Below are positions 37,398 through 49,130 of a stretch of 64,000 nucleotides of DNA, piece after piece; the stretch's first letter is position 1, and each line of letters starts with the position of its first letter. Source of the DNA: Blastocladiella emersonii ATCC 22665 (lineage: Eukaryota; Fungi; Blastocladiomycota). The notes below the pieces were generated by a model, which saw only the letters and a program-made list of their open reading frames with translations, was not told the origin of the DNA and did not search any database. Where the stretch lies: the NCBI GenBank assembly GCA_025594325.1, contig JANHCV010000014.1, positions 310,001 through 374,000 on the forward strand, in the 5' to 3' direction. The translations under genes were made by a program, and so were the position numbers.

Positions 37398-38555
37398 TCA
37401 AACCTGACCACGCGCCGCGACCACCTCTTCAGCGAGCGCGAGGACCTCGCACAGGCCCGCGTCGTAGAAGATGGGCCACAGAACGTCCATAGTGAACTCG
37501 TCGAGCGGGACACCGACCTTGGTGTGCGCGGCTTCGGGGTCGACCTCTGGGAGCAGAGCCTCGAGGACAAACTCGAGGAACGCGGGCGGGAGCTTGACGC
37601 GGCGCATCGCGCGTGCGAGGAAGTGGTGCGGAGCGTTGAGCTGCAGCTGGGCCTGGTTCATGAAGTGGCCCCAATCCCCGTTGATCGGCTCTTCTCCAGA
37701 GATGCTTGGCGCGCACGAGCGCGCCGCGACGATGTGAAGCACGTCGTCCGTAACCTTGCAGCGCTGGCGCGCGGCCGTGAGCTGCTTGGCGCCGCGGAGC
37801 ACGTCGCCGTGGCGGCGGAGGACGGCGAGGACGCGGTTGGTGAGGATCGACATGATCATGTCCGTCAAAGCTTCACCCATGCCGGTCCCGATCCCGCCGT
37901 CGAAGACTGGCTGCTCCGGGCGAGTCGACGGCAAGGTCTGGTCACGGAAGCACGCGACGATCAGGTCGAGGAAGCTCCGCATCCACTCGCCGCCGCCCTT
38001 GACGATGAGCGTGATCCCCATGCCGCCCTGCTCGAACAGCTCGTCGACGGTCTTCATGAGCTCGTCCTTGGTCGGCGGCGCCATGAGGTCGGCCCAGATA
38101 GCTTCGTCGACGTGGTCGAGCGGCGCGAACGCGCGGTCCCACTCGGCCTCGCCCGTGTAACGATCAAGGCACCGTTCCACGAACCCGACGAGCTCGGGCT
38201 GCATGTCCTCGTCGATGCCCCACCCGTCGCCGAACTGGATGAGCCCGGTGTGGTCCACGGCCATGGGCTCCCGCGGCTGCGTCTCGTCGTCCTCCAATCG
38301 ACTGCGCTGCTGGCCGATCGGGGGAAGACCAGAGATGGCGTGGCCACCCGGAATCGGGGTCACCGTGGCGCCGGGGATGTTGGTCATGACGACGCCGGTC
38401 CGCGAGGGGTTGGGGAAGGGGTCGGCGGCGCCGGTACCGCCCTCGCGAGCACCCGGCGTCGCTGGGCGGCGACCCTTGGCCGGCCTGCGTCCGCGCGGGC
38501 CTTTGCTCCGAGGCACCGGCCGGGCCTTGGTTGCACCAGGTCCCGAGGTATTCAT
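37398..38555 (-). CDS. Family B copy B6 (385 aa)
   Basis: Intact ORF MNTSGPGAT; ILTNRVLAVLRRHGDVLRG, RRVKLPPAFLEF, VLWPIFYDAGLCEV; closest to B4. Confidence 0.75.
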   Translation of the reverse strand: MNTSGPGATKARPVPRSKGPRGRRPAKGRRPATPGAREGGTGAADPFPNPSRTGVVMTNIPGATVTPIPGGHAISGLPPIGQQRSRLEDDETQPREPMAVDHTGLIQFGDGWGIDEDMQPELVGFVERCLDRYTGEAEWDRAFAPLDHVDEAIWADLMAPPTKDELMKTVDELFEQGGMGITLIVKGGGEWMRSFLDLIVACFRDQTLPSTRPEQPVFDGGIGTGMGEALTDMIMSILTNRVLAVLRRHGDVLRGAKQLTAARQRCKVTDDVLHIVAARSCAPSISGEEPINGDWGHFMNQAQLQLNAPHHFLARAMRRVKLPPAFLEFVLEALLPEVDPEAAHTKVGVPLDEFTMDVLWPIFYDAGLCEVLALAEEVVAARGQV

Positions 38556-38699
38556 GCGCTTCGTTTACGACGTAGCCGTTGTGAGGTCTTCGCTTTGGCA
38601 GGGCCGTTGCGCGATCGGCTGACCCTGCTCCGCTCGGCTTCTTCAGCCGGCCTGACGTCGCAGCCCGTCCCTTCTCTCCCCACCCTCACGTAAACCACC

Positions 38700-39856
38700 A
38701 TGAATCAGCCTGCACCGGACACGCCCATGAACCTGGGCCGCTTCGACCCGCTGGCCACGCTGGCGGGCCACACCGAGGCCGTGTGGTCGGTGGCGTGGCA
38801 CCCGTCGGGCAAGCTGCTGGCGTCGTGCTCGTCGGACAAGTCGGTTCGGATCTGGGGTCCGCGCTACCCTTCCGCGGACTCGCCGTGGGACACGAAAGCC
38901 GTTCTGGACGGCGGACACAAGCGCACGGTGCGCAGCGTGTCGTTCGCGCCGAGCGGGAACATGCTCGCGACGGCGTCGTTTGACGCGACGATCGGGATCT
39001 GGGACCGCGATCCGGCGGCGGTCAACGACGGCGGTGCGGGCGAGCTCGAGTTCGACTACGCGGCGACGCTCGAGGGCCACGAGTCCGAGGCCAAGAGCGT
39101 GGCGTGGAGCAGCGACGGCGGGCTGCTCGCGACGTGCTCGCGGGATAAGTCGGTTTGGATCTGGGAGGGTACGTGATGCCGCTTGTCTGATTCCCGGGCG
39201 CGTGGACTGACGCGAACCCCCGACCTAGTGCTCGACGAGAACGACTTCGAGTGCCTGAGCGTGCTGCAGGAGCACGGGCAGGACGTGAAGATGGTGCGGT
39301 GGCACCCGAGCGAGGAGGTGCTGGCGTCGGCGTCGTACGACGACACGATCCGGCTGTGGCGCGACGACTCGGACGACTGGTACTGCGCGAGCATCCTCAA
39401 GGGCCACACGTCGACCGTCTGGGCCGTCGATTTCGACCCGACGGGCGAGTTTTTGAGTACGCATTTTGCTCAACCCTCACTCGCCACCATGCACTGACAC
39501 CCCCGCCACCTCTAGTCTCGTGCTCGGACGACCAATCCCTGCGCGTGTGGCACTACTCCGCGGCGGACCGCGTGTCGCACCTGGTCACGATCCCGAACGC
39601 GCACGCGCGCGCCATCTACAGCGTGTCGTGGAGCCGGCACCTGCCGCTGGTGGCGACCGCGTCGGGCGACAGCACCGTCAAGGTGTGGCGGTGGTCTCCG
39701 GAAACCCGCACGCTGGCGCTGCAGGCGACGCTCGACCGGCCGCACGGGCCCGCCGACGTCAACTGCGTCGCGTGGAACCCGAACGCGGACCAGCGTGGGG
39801 TCCTTGCGACGTGTAGCGATGATGGCGAGGTCAAGCTGTGGCGGTTCACCGAGTAG
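38700..39856 (+). CDS. CIA1: Cytosolic Fe-S assembly WD40 protein Cia1; join(38700..39168,39229..39456,39516..39856)
   Basis: [42 protein letters not shown]|..[33 protein letters not shown]; both introns are GT-AG and in frame. Confidence 0.93.
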
Positions 39857-39931
39857 CTTAGGGGGGGAGCGGGTAATGATGTGGGATACATTAGTGATTT
39901 TGACAAAAAATGAGGGGGTTCTGCGGGAAGC

Positions 39932-40456
39932 CTAAGCGGCGACTGGCCGGCCGTTGGGCCCCTGGTTGACGACGCGGATGTCGTACTTGGTCTGGAACGC
40001 CTTGAGCTCGTCCTCCTTTTTCTTGTACGTGGTGGCGATCTGGCGCATCACGTCGTTGATCTACGCGGTACGCGGGGGGTTAGCCGGGCCACGTCGGCAC
40101 TCGCGAAAGCACGCAAACGTACGCCGTCGAGGTTGAGCTGCAGGGCGGGCAGCACCTCCTTGATGGTGCGCTCCATGAGCACGCCGCCGACGAGGCGGAA
40201 CGTCTTGCGGTCGCCGTCGAGCGGCTTGAGCGTGTCGATCACCTGGCTGTTGTTCACGCATGGTCAGCGCACGCCTGTGGTACACAGAAAGTGTGGCAGC
40301 ATACGTGTGCTCCTCCTTGTCCATCTCGAGCTCGGTCAGCTTGTTGAGCAGGTTCGAGAGTTCCTGGCGCATGGCGTTGAACCGCGACACGATCTCCTGG
40401 TCCGACGGGCGGTTCGCGGCCGCGGCAGACGAGGACGACGAGGCGGAAGACGACAT
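39932..40456 (-). CDS. PFDN2: Prefoldin subunit 2 (three exons)
   Basis: LSNLLNKLTELEMDKEEH | VIDTLKPLDGDRKTFRLVGGVLMERTIKEVLPAL | ..KKEDELKAFQTKYDIRV. Confidence 0.9.
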
Positions 40457-41615
40457 TGCAGTAGGTGGTGGTGCTTGATTCGTTGCACTGAGAGTGTGGG
40501 CGAGGGAAGACCGACGCGGAGGCGCGGCGAAGCGAGGAGGCGCTCGTTCACGCGCTGACAGGCGCGGCACCCGCGTCACATGCCCGACGCGCCCCGACGC
40601 GTCGCGTGGCGGCACGGGTGCGAGACACGCTGCGAGACACTGCTCGAGCAGAATGTATGGCGGGCCGTGATCTCCGCGATAGTAGATGTCCGCCATGTCG
40701 ACCACCTGCAGTCGCACACCCGCCCACCTTCGCTCGGGCACTATTCCGCGGACGGGTCCACGCCGACGACGACTCACTACGAACCCGCGACCCGCGAGCA
40801 CTGTTCAAGCGGCACTCGCCGCCGCCGCCCGCCACGACTGCTACTGCTACGAAGCGACTCTCGACTGACGACTGACGACGGGGCGACGACTGCGACTCGT
40901 GGCGCCCACCCCGTCTCGACCCGACCCACCCCCCGCTGCCGCTGCCGCTGGCCGGCCGCCACCGACCGCGGACCCGCGACCGCCTCGCTCCGCCCTGCTG
41001 CGGTCCCACGCGCCCGCCCGCCCGCCCGTCCGTCCGCGCACACCCGCGCGACTCGTCGGGTCACCGGGTCACCGGGTCACCGGGCCTGATCGGCGCCTTG
41101 CGTGGACTCTTCATCTATTTATTCCCGCGCCCGCCTGCCTCCATCGCGGCCGTGGCCTCCCACGCTACCCGCCGCGCGCGCACGAGGGAGCCAACGGCGC
41201 GCCTTCACCACCGCGTCGTGGCGCCGATTTGTACCCGCTCCCCTCCCACCTCGCTCCCCGCGACCGCCGACCGCCGACCGCCGGCCGGCTCTCTCGCGCG
41301 ACAAGCATCGCATCTCTCTCGCTTCTCTCCCCTTTGCTGATCGTTTGCTCGTGTGTGCGCACACGTACCCTCGCTCCGCGGGCTTGCCGCCGCCGCTTGG
41401 CTCCACTTTCCTTCGCGGGAGGCGCCGCCACCTTCCCACTCCGTCCCTGACCCTGCGGCGCTGGCGCCGCCGCTGCATGCCTCCAATCGCTCCGCATCGC
41501 GTCACCCCGCCCATCACCCTGCTGCCGCGGTGCGCCCGGCCCATTCCTCCTCCCTCTCCTCCGCCGCCGCGCCGCGCGCCCACGACGCCGAATTCGACGC
41601 ACCACCGCCACCACC

Positions 41616-43528
41616 ATGGCAGCCAATGAAACAGGTCCGTCACGGACCACCGCCATCACCGCGCGCGCGGCCATGACGCTGATGTCTCGGCGGAACCGAC
41701 GTGTAGAGGGCGACTACCGCATCCAGGGCAAGCTCGGCGAGGGCACCTTCTCGCAGGTGCTGCGCATGAAGCACCGCGTCACGGGCCGCACGCTGGCCAT
41801 GAAGCGGTTCAAGAAGCGGTTCAAGAGGTGCGTTGTCGTGTCTCACCCGTTGGCCACGGCCATTGACCTCGCGGAAGTGTAGCATCGAGGAGGTCGAGTG
41901 CCTGCGCGAGATCCAGGCGCTCAAGCGCGTCAACCCGCACCCGAACCTGGTGCAGATGGAGGACATCTTATTGTACGCCCGCCCTTCTCGTCCACCATCA
42001 CCACGGTCTCACGCCATCCCGCCCAACGTGTAGCGACCCCGGCACGGGCACGCTGTACCTGGCGTTCGAGCTCATGGACTGCAACCTGTACGACCTGATC
42101 TCCAAGAAGGGCGCGGCCATCACCGAGCCCAAGGTGAAGCTGTGGTTCTTCCAGATCTGCAAGGGGCTAGAGTTCCTGCACGCCAAAGGCATCTTCCACC
42201 GCGACATCAAGCCCGAGAACATTCTGATCCGCGACGGCGTGCTCGTCAAGCTGGCCGACCTCGGGTCGTGCCGCGGCATCCACTCCAAGGGGCCCTTCAC
42301 CGAGTACATTGCGACGCGATGGTACCGCTCGCCCGAGACCCTGCTGACCTCGGGCCGGTACAACTACAAGATGGACATGTGGGGCGCCGGATGTGTGCTG
42401 TACGAGACGGTCACGAAACAGCCCCTGTTCCCCGGGTCCGACGCGCTCGACCAGCTGCACAAGATCCACCGCGTCTTTGGGAGCCCGAGCGACGCCCAGC
42501 TGCGCGCGATTCTCGGGCCCAAGCTCGAGGTACACCCTTCACCTGTCTCTCGTCACCGTCCTTCGCTGACATTCCCCCGAAACTAGGGCAAGTTCACCTT
42601 CCCGCGCACCGACGGCACCGGCCTGTCGCTCGCCGCGCCGTACGACGGCGAGTGCCGGTCGCTCCTCCTCGGCCTGCTCGCGTACCTGCCCGAGGACCGC
42701 TTCTCGGCGCCGCAGTGCCTCGCGCACGAGTTCCTCAAGAACGTGGACCTCTCGGACCTCCCCGCCGCCACGATCGCCGTCTACCGCGGCCACGCGTCCG
42801 CCAGCACCGCGGCCGTCGAGCCGGCGCCGGCGGGGACCGGCGCGGCCAAGTCGGTCGTCACGGAGAAGCCGAGTCATCACGCACACCTCCCGCCCGCCGC
42901 CTCGGTCCCACCCGCCGCCGCCCCGAGCGCTGCGGCCTACGCGGCAGGTGGACTCGCGGCCCACGACGACCTCGCCCTGTCGCGCGACAAGCTGACCGAG
43001 GGGTACCTGACGCGGCTCCTGCTGCGGCGCAAGAAGGAGGGCGGCGGCGGCGGCAACGGCGGCGCGACCGGCGTACCACCGAAGCCGAGCAAGCCGCCGC
43101 AGCTCTTGCCCAACCTCGCCCCGCCCGCGCCGACCGCCGCTGCCGCGCACCACGTCACGGTCGCGCCGCCGCTCGGCGTGTCGATGCGGTACAGCACCAA
43201 CCAGGCGCCGCCGGTTCCCCCAAATGCGGGCGTGTCGAGCCACGGGAAACACGGCGGCGGCGGGCAGACGGTCACGCTCCCGCGGATCGGCGGGCCGCAT
43301 GTCGCTGCCGGCGCCGGCGCGCCAGCGCCAGGAGCACGAAACCCGTTCGCGGCCGTGGCCCCCGGACTCCCGTCGATGCCGCCCGTCGCCGCCGCGGCTG
43401 CGGGACGGAAAGACGCGGGCGCGGGTGGCGCGGGGGACTCGTACCTGTACACGCACCAGCACGGCGGCGGGCATCACGCGGCGGGCGAGGGAGGAGACGA
43501 GCGCAAGATGGGGCGGCAAGGACAGTAG
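41616..43528 (+). CDS. MOK: MOK-like (MAK/MOK/RCK family) Ser/Thr kinase, multi-exon
   Basis: GEGTFSQV, LREIQALKR, HRDIKPENIL, KLADLGSCRG, TEY activation motif (PFTEYIATRWYRSPE); low-complexity tail; three short introns. Confidence 0.85.
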
Positions 43529-43582
43529 CGACAGGGGTGTGGATCCAAGAGTGTACATGAATAATACGACTTATACCGTACA

Positions 43583-46220
43583 TCACTCACCATTCGCGCG
43601 TGGGCGGGAGGTCGAGCGGAACAGCGAGCGGAGACTGAACTTGCCGCCGCTGCCACCGCTCGGGTCGCCCGTGGACGGCGCGGTCGATTCGGACTTGCTC
43701 CGCGGCAACCCCGCCTCGCCGGTCGACGACGACGGGAACGCCTCGAGCCCGTCATCTTCGGTGGTGTCGGTGCTGTTGCTCCGCCGCCGCGGGTGCCGGT
43801 GATGAACCGAAGCCGACTCGCGGAACTCGTGCACCGCATCGAACCTGCGCCTTACCGCCGCGTGGTACTCGCTAACGGGCGGCGACGCGGGGCCCGCGAC
43901 GCCCGCGGCAGTTGTCGTGGTCGTTTCGGAGCTGCCGGCGCGCCACAGCGAGCGGGTCGGTGACGCCGGGGTCGGCGAGGTCGGCGAGGCGGGGACCGCG
44001 GGCGCCGCGGCCGTCGACGTCGTGGTAGTGGTGTTGGACCACAGCGACGTGAGGCTCCGCGTTCTCACGCGCAACGCCTGGGCGCGCGCGCGGAGGGAGC
44101 TGCTCGAGCCCGCCTCCCCCTCGACCGTCTCGGCGACCGACACCGCGTCCGCCTCCCGCTTCTCCGCCGTCCCCGCCCCCACCACCGGCGCGCGCGGGAT
44201 CGGGTAAAACCTCCCGCCCTCGACCCTTTCGGGTCCCGACGGCGCGAAACACACGTCCTCCATGTTGGGCAGCACCATGCTCTGGACCATGAGCTCGCGG
44301 ATCTTGCGCTCGATCACGTCGAGCACGACGCCGAGCCGCAGGTGTTTCGCGTTGACGACGGGTTCGGCGCGCACGCGGATCTCGGGCGCGGAGACGAAGG
44401 CGACCCACACGCGGTTCGAGGGGGGTGCGCGGAGCAGGATGCGCAGGCGGCCGTGGACCGCGGCCAGGGTTACGCCCAGGACGACGGGGACGCGGAGGTC
44501 GTAGCCGCCGGTCGAGGTGGAGGAGGAGGGGGGTGGGCGGGGTGGCGAGGCGCCCGGAGCAGTGGTGGCGGCCGCGTGGGTGCCCGGCAGGTGCGTCGTC
44601 GTGGGCGGCGAGTACGGCGGCGGCGGCGGCGGCGGCTGTCCCGACGCCTGCTGCTGCTGCCCCGCGGCCGCCGCCGCGCCACCCGAGCTCGAAAACTTGC
44701 CCGCAAGCGACGCCATGGCGGACCCGAGCGACAGGACGACCTCGGTCGCGAGCTCGACGCGCGCGCCGCCCGTGTAGTCGACATCGACCTCGACCTCGAT
44801 CTGGCCCGCGGGCCCCACGCGGATCAGCTCGGGCCGGGAGAACCGCGGCGCGGACCCGCCCGCGTGGACCTGGGCGACGCGCAGCGCGGTGAGGAAACTC
44901 GGCGCGGTGATGCGCTCGAGCTTCTTGGTCAGTTTCGCGTGCAGGTAGTCGGCGAGGAGCGGGTGGTCCTGCACGGTTAAAAAGGCGCGGCCGAGCAGCG
45001 CGTTGAGCCACGACAGGCCGCCGCCCGCGCCGTCGTCGGCCGCGATGAAGGCGCGCAGCGAGCGGTATTGCTGCGAGAAGGACGCGCAGTGCACGCGTTC
45101 GCGGCGGCCGGTCGCGGAGGCGCGGCGGAGGGCGAGGTACCAGGCTTCCTTTTCTACGTGACGGGTGGCGGGTTCAGTAAAGAAGTGCGGGCGTGGGGAG
45201 AGTGAGGGGGTACGTACCGACGGCGTTCATGGCGTAGAGGTAATAATCGCGCTGCTGGCCCTCCTCCCCCACACCACCCGTCGCCGTCTCCTCGCCAACC
45301 GCGAGCTGGACATTGGTCGCAATTGGGTCCCACGCATCGGCCTTACGCTTCCCGCTCGCCCCCATCCCCGCCGCCCCCGCCGCCCCCGCCGCTTTCGACA
45401 GCCGGATCGGGTCATCTTTCCCGTACGCCTCCGAGTCGTCCCACGGCACGACGCCCGCGGTCGGCGCGTGCAGCGCGACCTCGTGCAGCGGCAGCAGGAT
45501 CACGCCGACGCAGTCGAGCAGCGTCTCGTCCTCGTACAGGAACAGCGAGTGGTGGCGCAGCACGCCGAAGCACGTGGGCGATCGCGCGCGCTCGAACGGG
45601 AGCAGGTTGTTGGTTGCTGCCGTCGGTGGTGGTGGAGCAGGTGCCGCGGACCCGCGGCTAAGACTCCCACGCCTTGCCGCCGCCGTCCCGCCCGGCACCC
45701 GCGGCGGCGCGCGCATCGGGGCGTGCGTCGGGTCGGCGCCCGGGCTCACGGCCGACGCGTTGCTCGCGGTGCGCGGGCGGTGCGCGGCCGCGTACTCGGC
45801 GCGCGCGCCGGCGTATTTCGGGTCCGACGGGTACGCTGTGTCGTCTTCGGTGGGCGCAGTTGGTGGGGAGGCGGTGGCGGACGCCGGGATCGCGTCCAGC
45901 GCGTACCGGTACACGTTGAGCCAGCCCATGCAGAAGCCGGGGGTGTCGTCGGTCGGGTCTTCCTCGTCGGTATCGGGCTCGGGTGCGGGAGCGGTGGCGG
46001 CGGTGGATGGAGGGTGCGGGTGCGGGTGCAGCAGCTCCTCGAGGGCGCGGCGGACGAGTCCCGTCGCTGGAGCCGCAGCGGGCGGCGCGACGCGAGGTGC
46101 ACCCGCAGGTTTTGGCGGGAGCAAGTGGCGCTTGACGTAGAGCACGGCGAGGGCGACGAGCGCGGCGAGGAAGACGAGCGTCGCGCCGACGCCCAGCAGG
46201 AACGCGAGCAGCAGGTCCAT
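43583..46220 (-). CDS. NVJ2: NVJ2/TEX2-like TM-PH-SMP lipid-transfer protein
   Basis: N-terminal TM (LLAFLLGVGATLVFLAALV), PH-like FGVLRHHSLFLYEDE..VILL, SMP-like SWLNALLGRAF..KKLERITAPSFL..LRAPPSNRVWVAF..MVLPNMED. Confidence 0.8.
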
Positions 46221-46512
46221 GGTGCTGGCGGGTTGGGGGTAGTGCATTCAATGGCGGGGTATCGGTGGAGAGTGGTGGTTGCGGGTTGTTCAGAGTCGGT
46301 CCATGGGCAGCGGGTGCGGCCGGTGGCGGCAGCGATGCATCGCGATGGCGGTCGGTTGAGGGGAGAGAGAAAGAGAGAGGAAAAGAGGGAAGGCGAGTCG
46401 CGTCACTCACCTCAAAAGAGGCAGCGCGACGCGGTCAGGTGACGCCGTCAACACGCCCCATCACGGCCGACCTGCGTGCCCCCGCTCTCCGCTCCCCTAA
46501 CCGCCGTAATCC

Positions 46513-47909
46513 ATGTATCGCCTATACACGCGAGTCGCCGCATCCACGCTCCAGGCCGCCCTGGCCCGCCCCGCGCAGGTCGCGCTGCCGCGGTGCTACT
46601 TGTCATCATCGGCTGAGCCACCATCACCCACCGCCGACCTGCGCACCAAATTCCCGCACTCGACGGTGCCCGCGCGCCACGACGGGACCGTCCTGCGCAA
46701 GTACCTGGGCCGGCACCACGGTCTGCCGACCTCGCTCATCCACCGCGTCACCAAGGGCGCCTCCGTCATGGTGTCGCGCGACGGTGGGGCGACGTTCACC
46801 CGCGAGCGCGACCTGTACACGAAGCTGCACGCGGGCGACGTGGTCCTGGTCCGCGAGCCGACGCTGCGCCTCGAGGCCGTCGATGTCGCCGTCGCCCCGC
46901 GCTCCATCTCGCAGTGGGCCCGCGCCAAGGTCACGCCGTGGATCGTGTTGGAGAACGACGACGTGGTCGTGATCAATAAGCCGTCGGGCGTGCCGGTGCA
47001 TGGCGGGACCAAGACGAGTGATATGGATAACGTCGTGGAACTCGCGCGGGGTACGCTTCGACGGTGGGCGTGCGGTGATGGATGGATGGGACTGACTCGT
47101 TTGGGTTGAGTAGCGCTCAAGCGGTCCGGATACGAGGAGCCGCCCCGGCTCGTCCACCGCATCGACAAGGGCACCTCGGGCCTACTCGTCCTCGCCAAGA
47201 CCCGCCAGGCCGCTGAGACGCTGTCGGCCGCGTTCCGCAACCGCGAGGTTGAGAAGGAGGTCCGTACTCTCGCATCCTCCGAGCTACCTCCCGCCTAACC
47301 GCATCCCTTCACTAGTACATCGCCGTCGTCGAGGGCAAACTCCCGCAACCCTCGGGCCGCATCAAGTGCGACCTGTACCGCGCCATCGTCCGCAACGCCG
47401 CGCCCACGGGCCCCTCCGAGTCCGCCTCCACCGCGCCGCCCGAGCGCGAGCGCACACTCGTCGTGACCTCGGCCGCCCCCGCCCCCGCCGGCTACGACGT
47501 GCACGCCGCCGAAACCACCTTCCGCGTCCTCGGCACCGCGCCGCCGCTCGCCCTCGTCGCCCTCTCGCCCATCACCGGCCGCAAGCACCAGCTGCGCGCC
47601 GTCGCCGCCACGGTCCTCGGCGCGCCTATCGTTGGCGACTACACGTACGGGTTCCGCGACAACGGGCGCAACCGCCCGCTGCACCTCCATCTGTACCGGC
47701 TCGTGGTGCCGGAGATGAAGATCGATGTCACGGCGCCGGTGCCCGAGCATTTCATGGCGACGTGTGAGCGGGTTGGGTTGAGTGGTGGGCCCGTCAAGAT
47801 CCAGCCCCGCGCGGGCGAGGTCGAGGAGGCGAAGAAGAAGAAGGCTGAGGCCGACGCGGTTAAGAAGCGACGCCGGTTGCCACTGTCGCACCGCGATCGC
47901 GTGGTGTAG
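46513..47909 (+). CDS. RluA-family pseudouridine synthase, probably mitochondrial; introns 47051..47113 and 47260..47315
   Basis: VINKPSGVPVHGG, LVHRIDKGTSGLLV (catalytic Asp), PITGRKHQLR, PIVGDYTYG, LHLHLYRL; Arg/Ala-rich N-terminus resembles a presequence. Confidence 0.88.
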
Positions 47910-47999
47910 GAGGGAATAGATGACTATCTTAGCGTAGGTGGGACTATGGATGCCGCGCTCTCTCGTGTGCGTGGATAACAGACCGGCAGCGAATCGCCG

Positions 48000-48900
48000 C
48001 CAACTGTCAGCGATGGAACTCGGAGACGGCGACGCGTGCGTGGCCAACACGCGGCCGCGGAAGGCCGTCTTCAGCGAGAGCTGGAGCTCCGTGACTGCGA
48101 CCTGTTTCACGACGGCCGCGACACTCGCTCTAAGCTCCGGCAGCGCCGTGGGAGGTCAGCCGCTGCCGTCCCAGCGCAAGACGGTCGATGACCAGGCGCG
48201 ATGGTGAAGCACGCTCAGCGATCCCGTCCGAGGAAACCCTGATTTGAACACCCATGCCGAGGCCGTGATCGAGTTGTACGGTCAAACGAGAGGTGAGACG
48301 CCCAAACGACGCGACGACGAGGATCGCGAGGCTCGTGTCGCTCACTCTCAGCGTCAGCAACGTCGTGAGACATCGGCCGCCGTCGCGCCAAGAGAGATTG
48401 GCCGCTGTCGCACCGGTGTACGCTGGTCGATGGCCAGCCGCGATGCTGAAGTTCGCTCGAGTGATTCTTTCCGCGAGCATTGACTCGGACGCGCGCGAGG
48501 GTGGCCGTGGTGGCCGCGATCGAGTCAGTCGCCAGCGCCGCTCCACGACCGTGGCCGCGCAAATGACGAATCGCAGTCGTCGCCGTCACGGCGGCAAGAA
48601 TGGCTATGAGCAGATTGAGCACGGTGACCTCGTCGCACGAGCGCTGATACGGCCCAGTGAGTGAGAGGCGAGGCCGCCCGAACGACGCGGCGCTGAACGT
48701 CGCGATGGTCGTGTCGGTCTCGTGCCGCGCCAACAGCACCGCGCGTAGCGGTCGATAGCCGGCCGCGACGGCAAAGCACGCTCGGCGATCCCGTCCGCGG
48801 AAGCCCTGATTCGGACACGGTGGCCGTGGTGGCCGCGATCGAGTTGGTCGCCAGCGTCGGACCACGGCCACGGTCGCGCCAGTGGCGAATCGTGGTCACC
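48000..48900. repeat. Diverged duplicated blocks related to the 8.8-12.7 kb region
   Basis: GATCCCGTCCG(A/C)GGAA(A/G)CCCTGATT at ~48221 and ~48788; GGTGGCCGTGGTGGCCGCGATCGAGT at ~48500 and ~48819; ATGGAACTCGGAGA (48013) is the exact reverse complement of 12374-12387. Confidence 0.55.
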
Positions 48901-49044
48901 ACGGTGACGGCGGCGAGGTGGATACGACCATATCGAGTGCGGCCATCATCACGGTCGCAACGCGTTGCCGCGTAGTCGCTGGCGACCACCGATCGCGGCC
49001 TCCGTCGCTCGCTGGCCCCGTGAGCGGCGGTGGGTCACGGCCAC

Positions 49045-49130
49045 GACGCCAGCCGACGCCAGCCGACGCCAGCCGACGCCAGCTGGCGCCAGCTGGCGCA
49101 GACTGGCGTTGCCGCTGGCGCCAACTGGCG
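49045..49130. repeat. Decamer tandem array (GACGCCAGCC x3, then GACGCCAGCT, GGCGCCAGCT and variants)
   Basis: Read directly from the sequence; contains the palindrome CGCCAGCTGGCG. Confidence 0.85.

Noticed and set aside
27823-38555. Family B as active or merely 5'-truncated LINE insertions
   Set aside because: 5'-truncated LINEs keep the 3' end. These keep only the RT N-terminal half, share a common stop and their own ATG, and lack poly(A) tails and TSDs.
41058-41086. GGGTCACC x3 repeat upstream of MOK
   Set aside because: Short slippage-type repeat with no further support for function.
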